IMG/VR virus record: IMGVR_UViG_3300012944_000001
Location: 47,915 to 111,914 of that record
Reading direction: 5' to 3' (one strand)
Source of the DNA: a virus
Length of the DNA stretch: 64,000 bases
Below, in pieces: positions 1 through 7,340 of this stretch. Each line of letters starts with the position of its first letter. Position 1 is the first letter of the stretch. Made by a program: the position numbers and the translations under genes. Under the pieces are notes generated by a model, which ran no database searches, was not told the origin of the DNA, and saw only the letters and a list, made by a program, of their open reading frames with translations.

Positions 1-103
1 ATATTCATATAGAGGAATACCCGTCTTACCTAAAGAAGACCACTCTTGTGTTTGCGCTGTCAGAAGATTTTTGGCTCTCTTTTTACTATCTCCTGCTCCA
101 GGT

Positions 104-511
104 TTAAAAAGACCCATATTTAATCCTTTCCTCATTACACCAGGCATGTAGTGCTACTACATTTCTTTTGTGGATAATCATTTCTACATATTGATAATCT
201 TTGTGTTCTTGGGTAATAGTCAAATTACAGTACATGCAACGATAACCTTCTGGAATATTGATTCCTATTTCCAGTTTCTTTTTCCAGTCCAGAGGATACA
301 GCGTATCGCTCTTAAGGTTATTACACGTCTTATGTGTTAACTGGATATTGGATCTTTCATTACCTCCACCAGAAGCCCGAGGAACGATATGGTCACGGGA
401 CGCATCAATCAATTCCACGTACTTACCGCATAAGGCACAGATACCCTCATAGTCAGCATGTATCTTTACCAGCGGTTTGGAGTAATAAGAACTTTGATTT
501 TTGTGTCCCAT
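104..511 (-). CDS. HNH endonuclease
   Basis: CALCG...DHIVPRASGG..N..NIQLTHKTCNNLK HNH signature, plus a second C-terminal CxxC...HxxC. Confidence 0.85.
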   Translation of the reverse strand: MGHKNQSSYYSKPLVKIHADYEGICALCGKYVELIDASRDHIVPRASGGGNERSNIQLTHKTCNNLKSDTLYPLDWKKKLEIGINIPEGYRCMYCNLTITQEHKDYQYVEMIIHKRNVVALHAWCNEERIKYGSF

Positions 512-873
512 GATGACCTCTTACTTGTTTTTTACCGCCTCTAGATATTGGCTAAAAGTTTTTCTATAGAGAAACTGTCTCATTGCTTGCCAGCACTTAG
601 GACCAAGCTCATGTTCCTTTGGATGACCAGTCAGTAGACACGGACCTATCTCTTTGATATCCTCTACACTCTTGTAGTTCATATATTTGACTTTCTGTTC
701 TTTGTTGAACCCCCACCGTTCTCCCTTATAGAGAACTCTAGCAGAATCTGTACCCCCTTGGCAACCAGAGACCTGCACTTGATTAACCAGACGAAGTTTG
801 GTAGTATGTGGTATGTCGAAGCATTACCTAGAAAAAGCATAAATATAAAGTCTTCCAAAGAAACATATTATAG

Positions 874-917
874 ACACTTGACAGTCTGTGGTACCTTCTG
901 TATACTTTCTTTTATAA
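874..917 (+). repeat. 44-bp sequence, copy 1 (exact reverse complement at 52057-52100)
   Basis: acacttgacagtctgtggtaccttctgtatactttcttttataa matches the reverse complement of 52057-52100. Confidence 0.9.
878..906 (+). promoter_or_regulatory. sigma70/HrdB-type promoter
   Basis: TTGACA-17-TATACT. Confidence 0.8.
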
Positions 918-985
918 CAAAGATACTAGAACATACATATATGTTTCTTCTATGTATCTATATATTCTATTTATAGGAGAAATAT

Positions 986-1162
986 ATGGAAGGCATTAAA
1001 AAGACTAAGCTGTCCAGAAGTGTTCGTCTGGAAAAAGATACTTTAGACGAACTGAAAAGATTAGCAGAGGAAATGAATATAGGTATTACTGTTTATATAA
1101 GAAGAGTATTAGAAGCAGTAGTAGAAAATTCTAAGAATCCAGAGATACTAGAGGCAGTTTAA
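986..1162 (+). CDS. ribbon-helix-helix (CopG/Arc-like) DNA-binding protein, 58 aa (not in ORF track)
   Basis: GGAG RBS; MEGIKKTKLSRSVRLEKDTLDELKRLAEEMNIGITVYIRRVLEAVVE fits the RHH pattern. Confidence 0.75.
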   Translation: MEGIKKTKLSRSVRLEKDTLDELKRLAEEMNIGITVYIRRVLEAVVENSKNPEILEAV

Positions 1163-1163
1163 T

Positions 1164-1373
1164 ATGAAGGATTCTCTGGAAGAAGTTCTTTACACTTCTA
1201 TTTATAATCATTTGATAAAAGAAATAAAAATAGAAGAAGAGTATGAAAAAAGATTTGTAGATGCTTTGGTAAAAACAGCCACAGAAGGTGTACAAGAGTA
1301 TGTAAGGGACCTGGAAGAAGCAGTATCACATCTTCAAGAAACAGTCAAGAGGTTAAGTCATGTTGACTCTTGA
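1164..1373 (+). CDS. hypothetical protein
   Basis: ORF in a tightly packed operon. Confidence 0.65.
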   Translation: MKDSLEEVLYTSIYNHLIKEIKIEEEYEKRFVDALVKTATEGVQEYVRDLEEAVSHLQETVKRLSHVDS

Positions 1374-1578
1374 GGAAAAACTTGCTAGGTTCTTGGCAGT
1401 AGCTGTTTGGCAACTTGGGGGTAGCCTACAGATTTCTAAAGAACTCATTGACAGCATGGTACCGGTTAGACTAGTATTAGACGAAACATCAGAAACTGAT
1501 CAAGTAACTTTGGCAGTTATTAACAATGACGTTATTACTATAGTTATTGACAAAGCTGGTGCAGTAGAGGTACAGTAA
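1360..1578 (+). CDS. hypothetical protein
   Basis: GAGG RBS; overlaps the previous ORF. Confidence 0.65.
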   Translation: MLTLEEKLARFLAVAVWQLGGSLQISKELIDSMVPVRLVLDETSETDQVTLAVINNDVITIVIDKAGAVEVQ

Positions 1579-1721
1579 TGAGTACTTACTCAGAACGTAA
1601 ATGTTGGTTTACTACGTGTCAAGGACAGAAAGCTTTTTGGGTAACCATTAATGGAACTCTAAGACATGTGTGCAAAAAACACTGGAAAGTATTTTCATCT
1701 TCCAAAGAAGATGAAGCTTGA
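1578..1721 (+). CDS. Zn-finger microprotein, 47 aa (not in ORF track)
   Basis: TAATG coupling; CWFTTC...VCKKH. Confidence 0.55.
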   Translation: MSTYSERKCWFTTCQGQKAFWVTINGTLRHVCKKHWKVFSSSKEDEA

Positions 1722-1746
1722 CTTTAGGATGGCCGGATGTTACAAT
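1718..1746 (+). promoter_or_regulatory. promoter at start of tRNA island
   Basis: TTGACT-17-TACAAT. Confidence 0.7.
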
Positions 1747-1803
1747 GAACTTGCCTCCTTTCAACAGGGAGTATACGGTCCCCTCTCCCGTATACTCCCA
1801 CCT

Positions 1804-1875
1804 CGGGTGCGAGGAAGATGGCAATCCGCCTGGTTTGGGACCAGGATAAACTGAGTTCGATTCTCAGGCATCCGA
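1804..1875 (+). tRNA. tRNA-Pro(TGG)
   Basis: cloverleaf; cctgg-tttggga-ccagg anticodon arm; TTCGA T-loop. Confidence 0.88.
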
Positions 1876-2020
1876 CTAGTCATGTATTTGCTAACGATAA
1901 ATAATGGCAAATGTAAGAACCCATGGTAATGGGACGCATGGCAATAATTTGAGTTAGCACAAATGTATACACTCTCAAATATAAATAAATATTAGTGCTC
2001 AACATTTAATAACTCATTAT

Positions 2021-2094
2021 GCCGTTGTAGCTCAGTCCGGAAGAGCATTCGGTTGAAGCCCGAAGGGTCGTAGGTTCGAATCCTACCGGCGGCA
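2021..2094 (+). tRNA. tRNA-Phe(GAA)
   Basis: canonical cloverleaf; loop ttgaagc. Confidence 0.92.
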
Positions 2095-2142
2095 CTATGA
2101 GTCTCTGGATACTCATAGAGGAACACAACAAAATCCAGAAAT

Positions 2143-2214
2143 GGCGCAATAGCTCAGAGGAAGAGCATCCGCTTCATACGCGGCAGGTCGCTGGTTCGAA
2201 TCCAGCTTGCGCTA
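2143..2214 (+). tRNA. tRNA-Met(CAT), elongator-like
   Basis: cloverleaf; loop ttcatac. Confidence 0.88.
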
Positions 2215-2215
2215 C

Positions 2216-2292
2216 TGCACGGATAGAGAAACGATGTCTCACCAGCCTCATAAGCTGAAAAGTAGTGGGTTTGACTCCCGCCTGTGCCCCCA
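2216..2292 (+). tRNA. tRNA-Met(CAT), initiator-like, atypical
   Basis: loop ctcataa; unpaired position 1; T-loop TTTGACT; ends in CCA. Confidence 0.7.
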
Positions 2293-2364
2293 CTTAACAA
2301 TGTTAATTTTGACAATGCCCTATCTTGCGTGGTACTCTTCAGTCCTCAACGACTTGGAGGAATT

Positions 2365-2718
2365 ATGGGAGATAGGGCAAACGTTTATATTCACGAAGGT
2401 GATTCGCCTGGTGTATATTTATATACTCACTGGGATGGTACAGAACTTCCACAGATTGTGCAAAGTTCTCTACTAACAGCTAGAGCAATATCTAGATCTA
2501 CAGATATTGCCTATCTAACTAGAATTATCTTTGAAGATATGATAAAGGATGATTTAGGCGGAGAAACGGGATACGGTGTTTCTGCGGAAGTACAAGATGG
2601 GGATGATCGGATAGTAGATATTAATGTAGATTTCCGTAATGGAATCACAACTACTTTAATCGGTTATCCTTATACTTGGGCAGATATTCCTGAAGATCCG
2701 TTTTCATTTGAAGATTAA
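2365..2718 (+). CDS. hypothetical protein (MGDRANV...YLYTHWDG)
   Basis: GGAGG RBS before ATG 2365. Confidence 0.75.
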   Translation: MGDRANVYIHEGDSPGVYLYTHWDGTELPQIVQSSLLTARAISRSTDIAYLTRIIFEDMIKDDLGGETGYGVSAEVQDGDDRIVDINVDFRNGITTTLIGYPYTWADIPEDPFSFED

Positions 2719-2726
2719 GTAAACTA

Positions 2727-2756
2727 TTGACGGGCCTGGGTCCTACACTGTAGGAT
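2727..2756 (+). promoter_or_regulatory. HrdB-type promoter
   Basis: TTGACG-18-TAGGAT. Confidence 0.6.
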
Positions 2757-2797
2757 GGATGAGAGCCAGTGAGTTGAGGGTGGTACCTCTTCCTAAT

Positions 2798-2870
2798 GCG
2801 ATATTAGTGTTTAACGGCAGCACGACAGTCTTCCAAACTGTAAGAGGGAGTTCGAATCTCCTATATCGCT
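2798..2870 (+). tRNA. tRNA-Gly(TCC)
   Basis: cloverleaf; loop cttccaa. Confidence 0.9.
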
Positions 2871-2928
2871 CGTAATGAGGTTCTGCGGTACGCCTCCTGG
2901 TGAAAAACCAGATAAACACCGCCTTTAT

Positions 2929-2999
2929 TCCCCGATGGTGTAACGGTAGCACTACTGCCTCTGGAGCAGTAAGACTTGGTTCGAATCCAGGTTGGGGAG
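2929..2999 (+). tRNA. tRNA-Gln(CTG)
   Basis: cloverleaf; loop ctctgga. Confidence 0.9.
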
Positions 3000-3247
3000 C
3001 GGGCGTAAGTAGGGCAAATAGTAAGCGCACGGATACTAGTCAAGTCGTGTGATAGGGTATGTCCGAAGATTCTAGAGCGTGTAAATCGACTCAGAGCGCG
3101 CACACCACTTGGTATGTAAGAATGAGGAGCCCCCAGCAATGAATGGTCGATACTGGGAATAGGTGACGCTCATTGATAAACCTCCTGAAAAATAAAAGGG
3201 AGGCCAAAGTTCATATGTCCATTACCATATGACGCATATCAATACTT

Positions 3248-3318
3248 TCCCCCTTGGTGTAATGGCAGCACACGAGCCTTTGGATCTCGTAGTTTTGGTT
3301 CGATCCCAGACGGGGGAG
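3248..3318 (+). tRNA. tRNA-Gln(TTG)
   Basis: cloverleaf; loop ctttgga. Confidence 0.85.
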
Positions 3319-3345
3319 CTTTAGTAAATACTAAAGGAGGTAAAT

Positions 3346-3525
3346 ATGTTTATGGATCCAAGCATTTATAAGGATATTGAAATACTTAAAGTTCAAGTTG
3401 AAGGTTTAAAACAAATTATAAATACTCTTGTAGGAGAAACTCCAGGTATTAATGATTTAGTTCATATTAACTATGATTTTACTCAAGAGTTAACTAAACT
3501 CAGAAAGCTGGGAGAGTTAATTTAA
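3346..3525 (+). CDS. hypothetical protein, 59 aa (not in ORF track)
   Basis: AAGGAGGT RBS; TAATG-coupled to the next ORF. Confidence 0.7.
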   Translation: MFMDPSIYKDIEILKVQVEGLKQIINTLVGETPGINDLVHINYDFTQELTKLRKLGELI

Positions 3526-3845
3526 TGGGTTATTATTCTACATTTGAAGTACTAGAGACAGATATTATTGACGCTTATACAGTATTAAATGATTTGACTG
3601 AGTCAGACTGGGATAGTTCGCCCGGTTTTTCCTATTGGGATTCTAATAATAGTGTTCATTCATATGATTCAGCTAAGTGGTATGACTGGTTGACAGATCT
3701 GGGACAGCTTGCTAGACTCTACCCAGACAGTTACTTAGTAATGGAACGTCGTGGAGAAGAATCCCCTGATATTTCCAGAGTCATAGTAAAGCACGGAAAA
3801 GCCGTAGAGATTGAGCCAGAGCTGGTGTGGCCTGAAGTTCTGTGA
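3525..3845 (+). CDS. hypothetical protein
   Basis: coupled ORF, 106 aa. Confidence 0.75.
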   Translation: MGYYSTFEVLETDIIDAYTVLNDLTESDWDSSPGFSYWDSNNSVHSYDSAKWYDWLTDLGQLARLYPDSYLVMERRGEESPDISRVIVKHGKAVEIEPELVWPEVL

Positions 3846-3899
3846 TACAGTAGAGCAACCGTACGCCATGCGACGGTATATAAATAGGGCATGGCGCCT

Positions 3900-3971
3900 G
3901 GACTCATAGCTCAATGGTAGAGCACCAGCTTGTCACGCTGAAGGTTGCCGGTTCGAATCCGGTTGGGTCCG
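3900..3971 (+). tRNA. tRNA-Asp(GTC)
   Basis: cloverleaf; loop ttgtcac. Confidence 0.9.
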
Positions 3972-3986
3972 CGTTAAGGAGAGATA

Positions 3987-4154
3987 ATGGCTAACCTAAG
4001 TGCTAAATATGCTGCAATGACTAATGAACAACTCAAAGCTGAAATAGTAAGACTTAAGCGCCTTAAGAAAGAGACGCTAGATATTAATACAGTAAAGAGC
4101 TATAACGCAGAAATACTTCGTATAGTTAAGGTCTTAGAAGTAAGAGGTTTATAA
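3987..4154 (+). CDS. basic helical microprotein, 55 aa (paralog A)
   Basis: AAGGAG RBS; similar to 4176-4337. Confidence 0.7.
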   Translation: MANLSAKYAAMTNEQLKAEIVRLKRLKKETLDINTVKSYNAEILRIVKVLEVRGL

Positions 4155-4175
4155 TCTTTAACGTGTGGAGCAAAC

Positions 4176-4337
4176 ATGAATTCAAGGTATGATTCTTGGA
4201 GCACTGATGATCTATTAGTAGAGATCATCAGATTAAAGCAGAGGATAAAAGAGTCTCTGACAGTATATGGCTCTACACTTGATAAAGATAAATTATTAGC
4301 AATTACTAAAGTATTAGAAAAAAGACGTAATAATTAA
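4176..4337 (+). CDS. basic helical microprotein, 53 aa (paralog B)
   Basis: GGAG RBS; EI.RLK...KE.L and KVLE.R shared with paralog A. Confidence 0.7.
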   Translation: MNSRYDSWSTDDLLVEIIRLKQRIKESLTVYGSTLDKDKLLAITKVLEKRRNN

Positions 4338-4338
4338 T

Positions 4339-4409
4339 GCCGCTATCGTATATAGGTAGTATGCAAGCTTCTCACGCTTGTGGACAGAGTTCGAATCTCT
4401 GTAGCGGTA
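4339..4409 (+). tRNA. tRNA-Glu(CTC)
   Basis: cloverleaf; loop ttctcac. Confidence 0.88.
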
Positions 4410-4607
4410 CTAGCAACACACCTTACAGGTCTTCAGAGTGTCGTGCTTTCTGAGATAAAAGAAAAGCGGCTCGTTAGCCAAAATAGAGATAGGCTGCCTG
4501 TTTGATGCTAACAAACCGAGGAAGTATGTGTGGGACTAGACTCGGATACTACTGATATAGGTATGCTTAGTGTGTACACACTAATTGGCAAAGGTATCAG
4601 TAGGTAT

Positions 4608-4679
4608 GCCCCCATCGTATATTGGTTAGTATCTGAGGCTTTCAATCTCAAGGAGAGGGTTCAATTCCCTCTGGGGGTA
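4608..4679 (+). tRNA. tRNA-Glu(TTC)
   Basis: cloverleaf; loop ctttcaa. Confidence 0.88.
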
Positions 4680-4935
4680 CGTAGCACGTAATGGGATACT
4701 CTTCGGAGTAGGAGTGCGTTCCGGGAGATCACCCATTCGATCCTCTGGGTAGCATAGGAGCGGCGCGAACAAGGGAAGGGCCGCCAGGTAGGAGATACTG
4801 CATTCTGTGGCAGGAATGTAAGCAGGCATAAGGGATGAGCCTACCAGCCACTTAAACTAAATAACCTTTCTGAGATACAATTAGATTGCTATAGCGATTA
4901 CTGTTAAAGTAATTCTTTCTAGAAAGGTTCAAATA

Positions 4936-5250
4936 ATGGCTTTTACGTATTCACTTGTTACAGTGAACAACCTTGCTGTTGGTGACCAGGTACGTGCCGC
5001 TGTTGCTGCTGATGGACATGCTTATGTGTTCCCAGTTCCAACAACTGGTGGCGCTTCTTTCCCAACAACAGTTCGTGCTATTTACCCAGCAGCAGTACCT
5101 CCTGGAACTGATAGTGCGGGTAACCCAGTTACCAATACTTCTGTTCTTTGGACAATTCAGTTAAACAACAGCTCTGTGTTCAATCTACCAACAGACTTCA
5201 CTTTGAATGTTGGAACAGACTTTGTTGTCAAGGCTACTGGTACAGCGTAA
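4936..5250 (+). CDS. hypothetical beta-rich protein (virion-like composition)
   Basis: 104 aa, T/V/A/G-rich. Confidence 0.7.
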   Translation: MAFTYSLVTVNNLAVGDQVRAAVAADGHAYVFPVPTTGGASFPTTVRAIYPAAVPPGTDSAGNPVTNTSVLWTIQLNNSSVFNLPTDFTLNVGTDFVVKATGTA

Positions 5251-5303
5251 GCTTTACTCCTAGTGGGACGTATGGTATCCTCCTTGCTGTACGTCCCACC
5301 CAG

Positions 5304-5377
5304 GCCCCTATAGCTCATGTAGGCAGAGCAGCGCTCTTGTAAAGCGCAGGCGGAGGGTGCAAGTCCTTCTGGGGGCT
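5304..5377 (+). tRNA. tRNA-Thr(TGT)
   Basis: cloverleaf; loop cttgtaa; variant T-loop. Confidence 0.85.
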
Positions 5378-5395
5378 CTTTAAAGAAAGGTTATT

Positions 5396-5593
5396 ATGAA
5401 AATCTCTGATCCTATAATTCAGGAAGCATTAAATTCTGGAGCAGCTATTGGTATGGATAATTATCCAGAACATTATGCGGTAGTCTTGACAAACGGAGAC
5501 TACTACATGTATCCTGACTATCCTAGCAACGACGTACGACACTTACTTGAAACAAAAAGTGTTGAGTTAGTGGACTGCTGGAAAGTTTTGTAG
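5396..5593 (+). CDS. hypothetical protein
   Basis: AAAGG RBS; 65 aa. Confidence 0.65.
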   Translation: MKISDPIIQEALNSGAAIGMDNYPEHYAVVLTNGDYYMYPDYPSNDVRHLLETKSVELVDCWKVL

Positions 5594-5607
5594 TATCTTA
5601 GCTTTAT

Positions 5608-5681
5608 GCTCCAGTATCCCAACGGTAGAGGACATAGTCTCAAAAACTATGATAGTGTCGGTTCAAATCCGACCTGGAGTA
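5608..5681 (+). tRNA. tRNA-Leu(CAA)
   Basis: cloverleaf; loop ctcaaaa; short variable region. Confidence 0.88.
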
Positions 5682-5816
5682 CAGCGCGGGTTCTTTCCAA
5701 TAGTACTGAGGAAACCTCGTTAGTTACTGTAGTTTAAGTAAGCCCAGGCTAATTAAAAAACACTCAACCTAGGATAAGAGAGATATGACCTGCTTGGTGG
5801 TCATCAGTAACGTTAT

Positions 5817-5889
5817 GGTTCTATAGCCCAATGGCAGAGGCATTCGACTTAAAATCGAAACAGTGACGGTTCGAGTCCGTCTAGAACTA
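5817..5889 (+). tRNA. tRNA-Leu(TAA)
   Basis: cloverleaf; loop cttaaaa. Confidence 0.9.
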
Positions 5890-5966
5890 CTTGACTAGAG
5901 ACGTATGAGAAGGTAGACTCATAATCTATCAGAAGGCTACGACGAACTGTAGGCTCTCTAGTTTAT

Positions 5967-6042
5967 GCTCCTGTAGCCCAATTTTGGCAGAGGCGTCGGT
6001 TTTAGGTACCGAAGGTTGTCAGTTCGAGTCTGACCAGGAGTA
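5967..6042 (+). tRNA. tRNA-Leu(TAG)
   Basis: cloverleaf; loop tttaggt. Confidence 0.88.
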
Positions 6043-6076
6043 CGTTTTACAAAATCCATAAAAGGAGGCAACTGAT

Positions 6077-6292
6077 ATGGGGTTTGACGTTACTCAAATT
6101 CTAGGATTTTTGGGACCTATTGGTCTTATGGGAGCATTTCTACTCTTTATGATTATGCGTAAGGGATGGGGATGGGCTCAGTTTGTTACAGCTTTTGTTT
6201 TTACTCTGTTGGTAGCTTCTGCACTTCCTGCCTTGCCACAAGCAATGCACAATGGTATGGTAGGCGTTATCAATGCATTTCAAAGTAAGTGA
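6077..6292 (+). CDS. small membrane protein (2 TM)
   Basis: AGGAGG RBS; two hydrophobic segments. Confidence 0.75.
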   Translation: MGFDVTQILGFLGPIGLMGAFLLFMIMRKGWGWAQFVTAFVFTLLVASALPALPQAMHNGMVGVINAFQSK

Positions 6293-6298
6293 TTAATA

Positions 6299-6313
6299 GC
6301 CCTTCGGGGTTTT
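6299..6313 (+). terminator. short hairpin + U tract
   Basis: gccc-ttcg-gggt followed by ttt. Confidence 0.4.
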
Positions 6314-6384
6314 AGGAATATACGTCAATGGAAGACTAGCGGCCTCCAAATCCGCTGATGTGGGTTCGAATCCTACTATTCCTG
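6314..6384 (+). tRNA. tRNA-Trp(CCA)
   Basis: cloverleaf; loop ctccaaa. Confidence 0.88.
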
Positions 6385-6385
6385 C

Positions 6386-6414
6386 TTGACAGAGACTAAC
6401 AACTCTGTTAGTAT
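6386..6414 (+). promoter_or_regulatory. promoter upstream of the tRNA-Asn/Y-RNA/Ro60 unit
   Basis: TTGACA-17-TAGTAT. Confidence 0.7.
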
Positions 6415-6450
6415 CAGTAAAATACCTTCCTCCTTGTAGGTAAGGTTTAT

Positions 6451-6522
6451 TCCTTGATAGCTCAATGGCAGAGCAGTCGACTGTTAATCGACCGGTTGTT
6501 GGTTCGAATCCAGCTCAGGGAG
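6451..6522 (+). tRNA. tRNA-Asn(GTT)
   Basis: canonical cloverleaf; loop ctgttaa. Confidence 0.93.
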
Positions 6523-6583
6523 CCTTAGCCCCTTTTCAAGCCTCTCGATGAAGCTCAAATGAGAAGGGCCAAAATTTAAATTT

Positions 6584-6705
6584 GTGACGATGCGAAGAAT
6601 AGAGTTACTTCGGTTAATTAGTGGTTCGATTCCATTCTCTGTAGTAAAACACAGATAGGCGAGTATAAAAACTCGTACATACTTTATTCAAATTTTTCTA
6701 GTCAC
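6584..6705 (+). ncRNA. Y-RNA-like copy 1
   Basis: gtgac/gtcac closing stem; GATGCG...GTTACTTC...TTTTTCTA motif; inner stem gaatagagt/actttattc; T-arm-like gtggttcgattccat. Confidence 0.75.
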
Positions 6706-6711
6706 TTAAAC

Positions 6712-6804
6712 TTGATAGAAGGTTGGGGTAGCCTGCTAGCGGCTGTAATCGGGCGAAAACGTCCCTTGTAATACTGATACGAACGTTCACATCCCTTCTA
6801 TCAA
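6712..6804 (+). ncRNA. candidate structured RNA inside the Y-RNA array (different family)
   Basis: 11-bp closing stem ttgatagaagg/ccttctatcaa. Confidence 0.45.
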
Positions 6805-6811
6805 CTAACTT

Positions 6812-6952
6812 GACAGCGATGCGCAGATAAGAGATACTTCACAGGGAACTCCGGGTCGTAGGTTCGAATCCTACTCTATCGACTCTTCGGTAGATAGCTC
6901 AGTGGTAGAGCAGGGGTATATAAAGAACTTTTATCGACTTTTTCTAGCTGTC
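6812..6952 (+). ncRNA. Y-RNA copy 2, YrlA-like with permuted tRNA domain
   Basis: gacagc/gctgtc stem; shared motif; T arm, then closed acceptor hairpin, then D arm (tagctcagtggtagagc). Confidence 0.85.
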
Positions 6953-6960
6953 TTTATTTT

Positions 6961-7053
6961 TATGACCAATGCGTAGGCACGGGGTTACTTCAAATTAATT
7001 GATAATTGACGGGCATAGCCCAGTAAACCTCAGCCGATTATTTCTAGGTCATA
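6961..7053 (+). ncRNA. Y-RNA-like copy 3
   Basis: tatgacc/ggtcata stem; AATGCG...GGTTACTTC...TATTTCTA. Confidence 0.75.
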
Positions 7054-7065
7054 TAACTTAATATT

Positions 7066-7140
7066 TCTACCCGATGCGACGCCGCCGGTTACTTCAACCC
7101 TTCGCAGAAAAAATCCGGCCGCACATTTTTCTAGGGTGGA
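7066..7140 (+). ncRNA. Y-RNA-like copy 4 (minimal)
   Basis: tctaccc/gggtgga stem; GATGCG...GGTTACTTC...TTTTTCTA. Confidence 0.75.
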
Positions 7141-7147
7141 TCATTTT

Positions 7148-7255
7148 AGTTCCGATGCGTGGATTACTGGTTACTTCAATGCTAATGAAAAGGTACGGTT
7201 CGAATCCGTTTAAGGCATGGCGCCCACACACCAGAAATCATTATTTCTAGGAACT
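7148..7255 (+). ncRNA. Y-RNA-like copy 5
   Basis: agttcc/ggaact stem; shared motif; anticodon-like hairpin ttca-atgctaa-tgaa plus T arm acggttcgaatccgt. Confidence 0.75.
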
Positions 7256-7265
7256 TATTAATCTT

Positions 7266-7305
7266 CCCCTTGGTTAGGCATAGCCTTACTTGAGGGGTTT
7301 ATTTT
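7266..7305 (+). terminator. hairpin + U tract between the Y-RNA array and Ro60
   Basis: cccct...agggg followed by tttattttt. Confidence 0.45.
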
Positions 7306-7340
7306 TATCTACTTAACGTACCACAACATAGGAGGATACA

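Noticed and set aside
6855-6911. Ordinary tRNA gene or tRNA pseudogene
   Set aside because: The T arm precedes the D arm and there is no anticodon loop; it is a permuted domain within a Y RNA.
6584-7255. CRISPR array interpretation of the recurring motifs
   Set aside because: The motifs are short and split, unit lengths vary (75-141 nt), flanks covary as RNA stems, and there are no cas genes. The adjacent TROVE gene explains them better.
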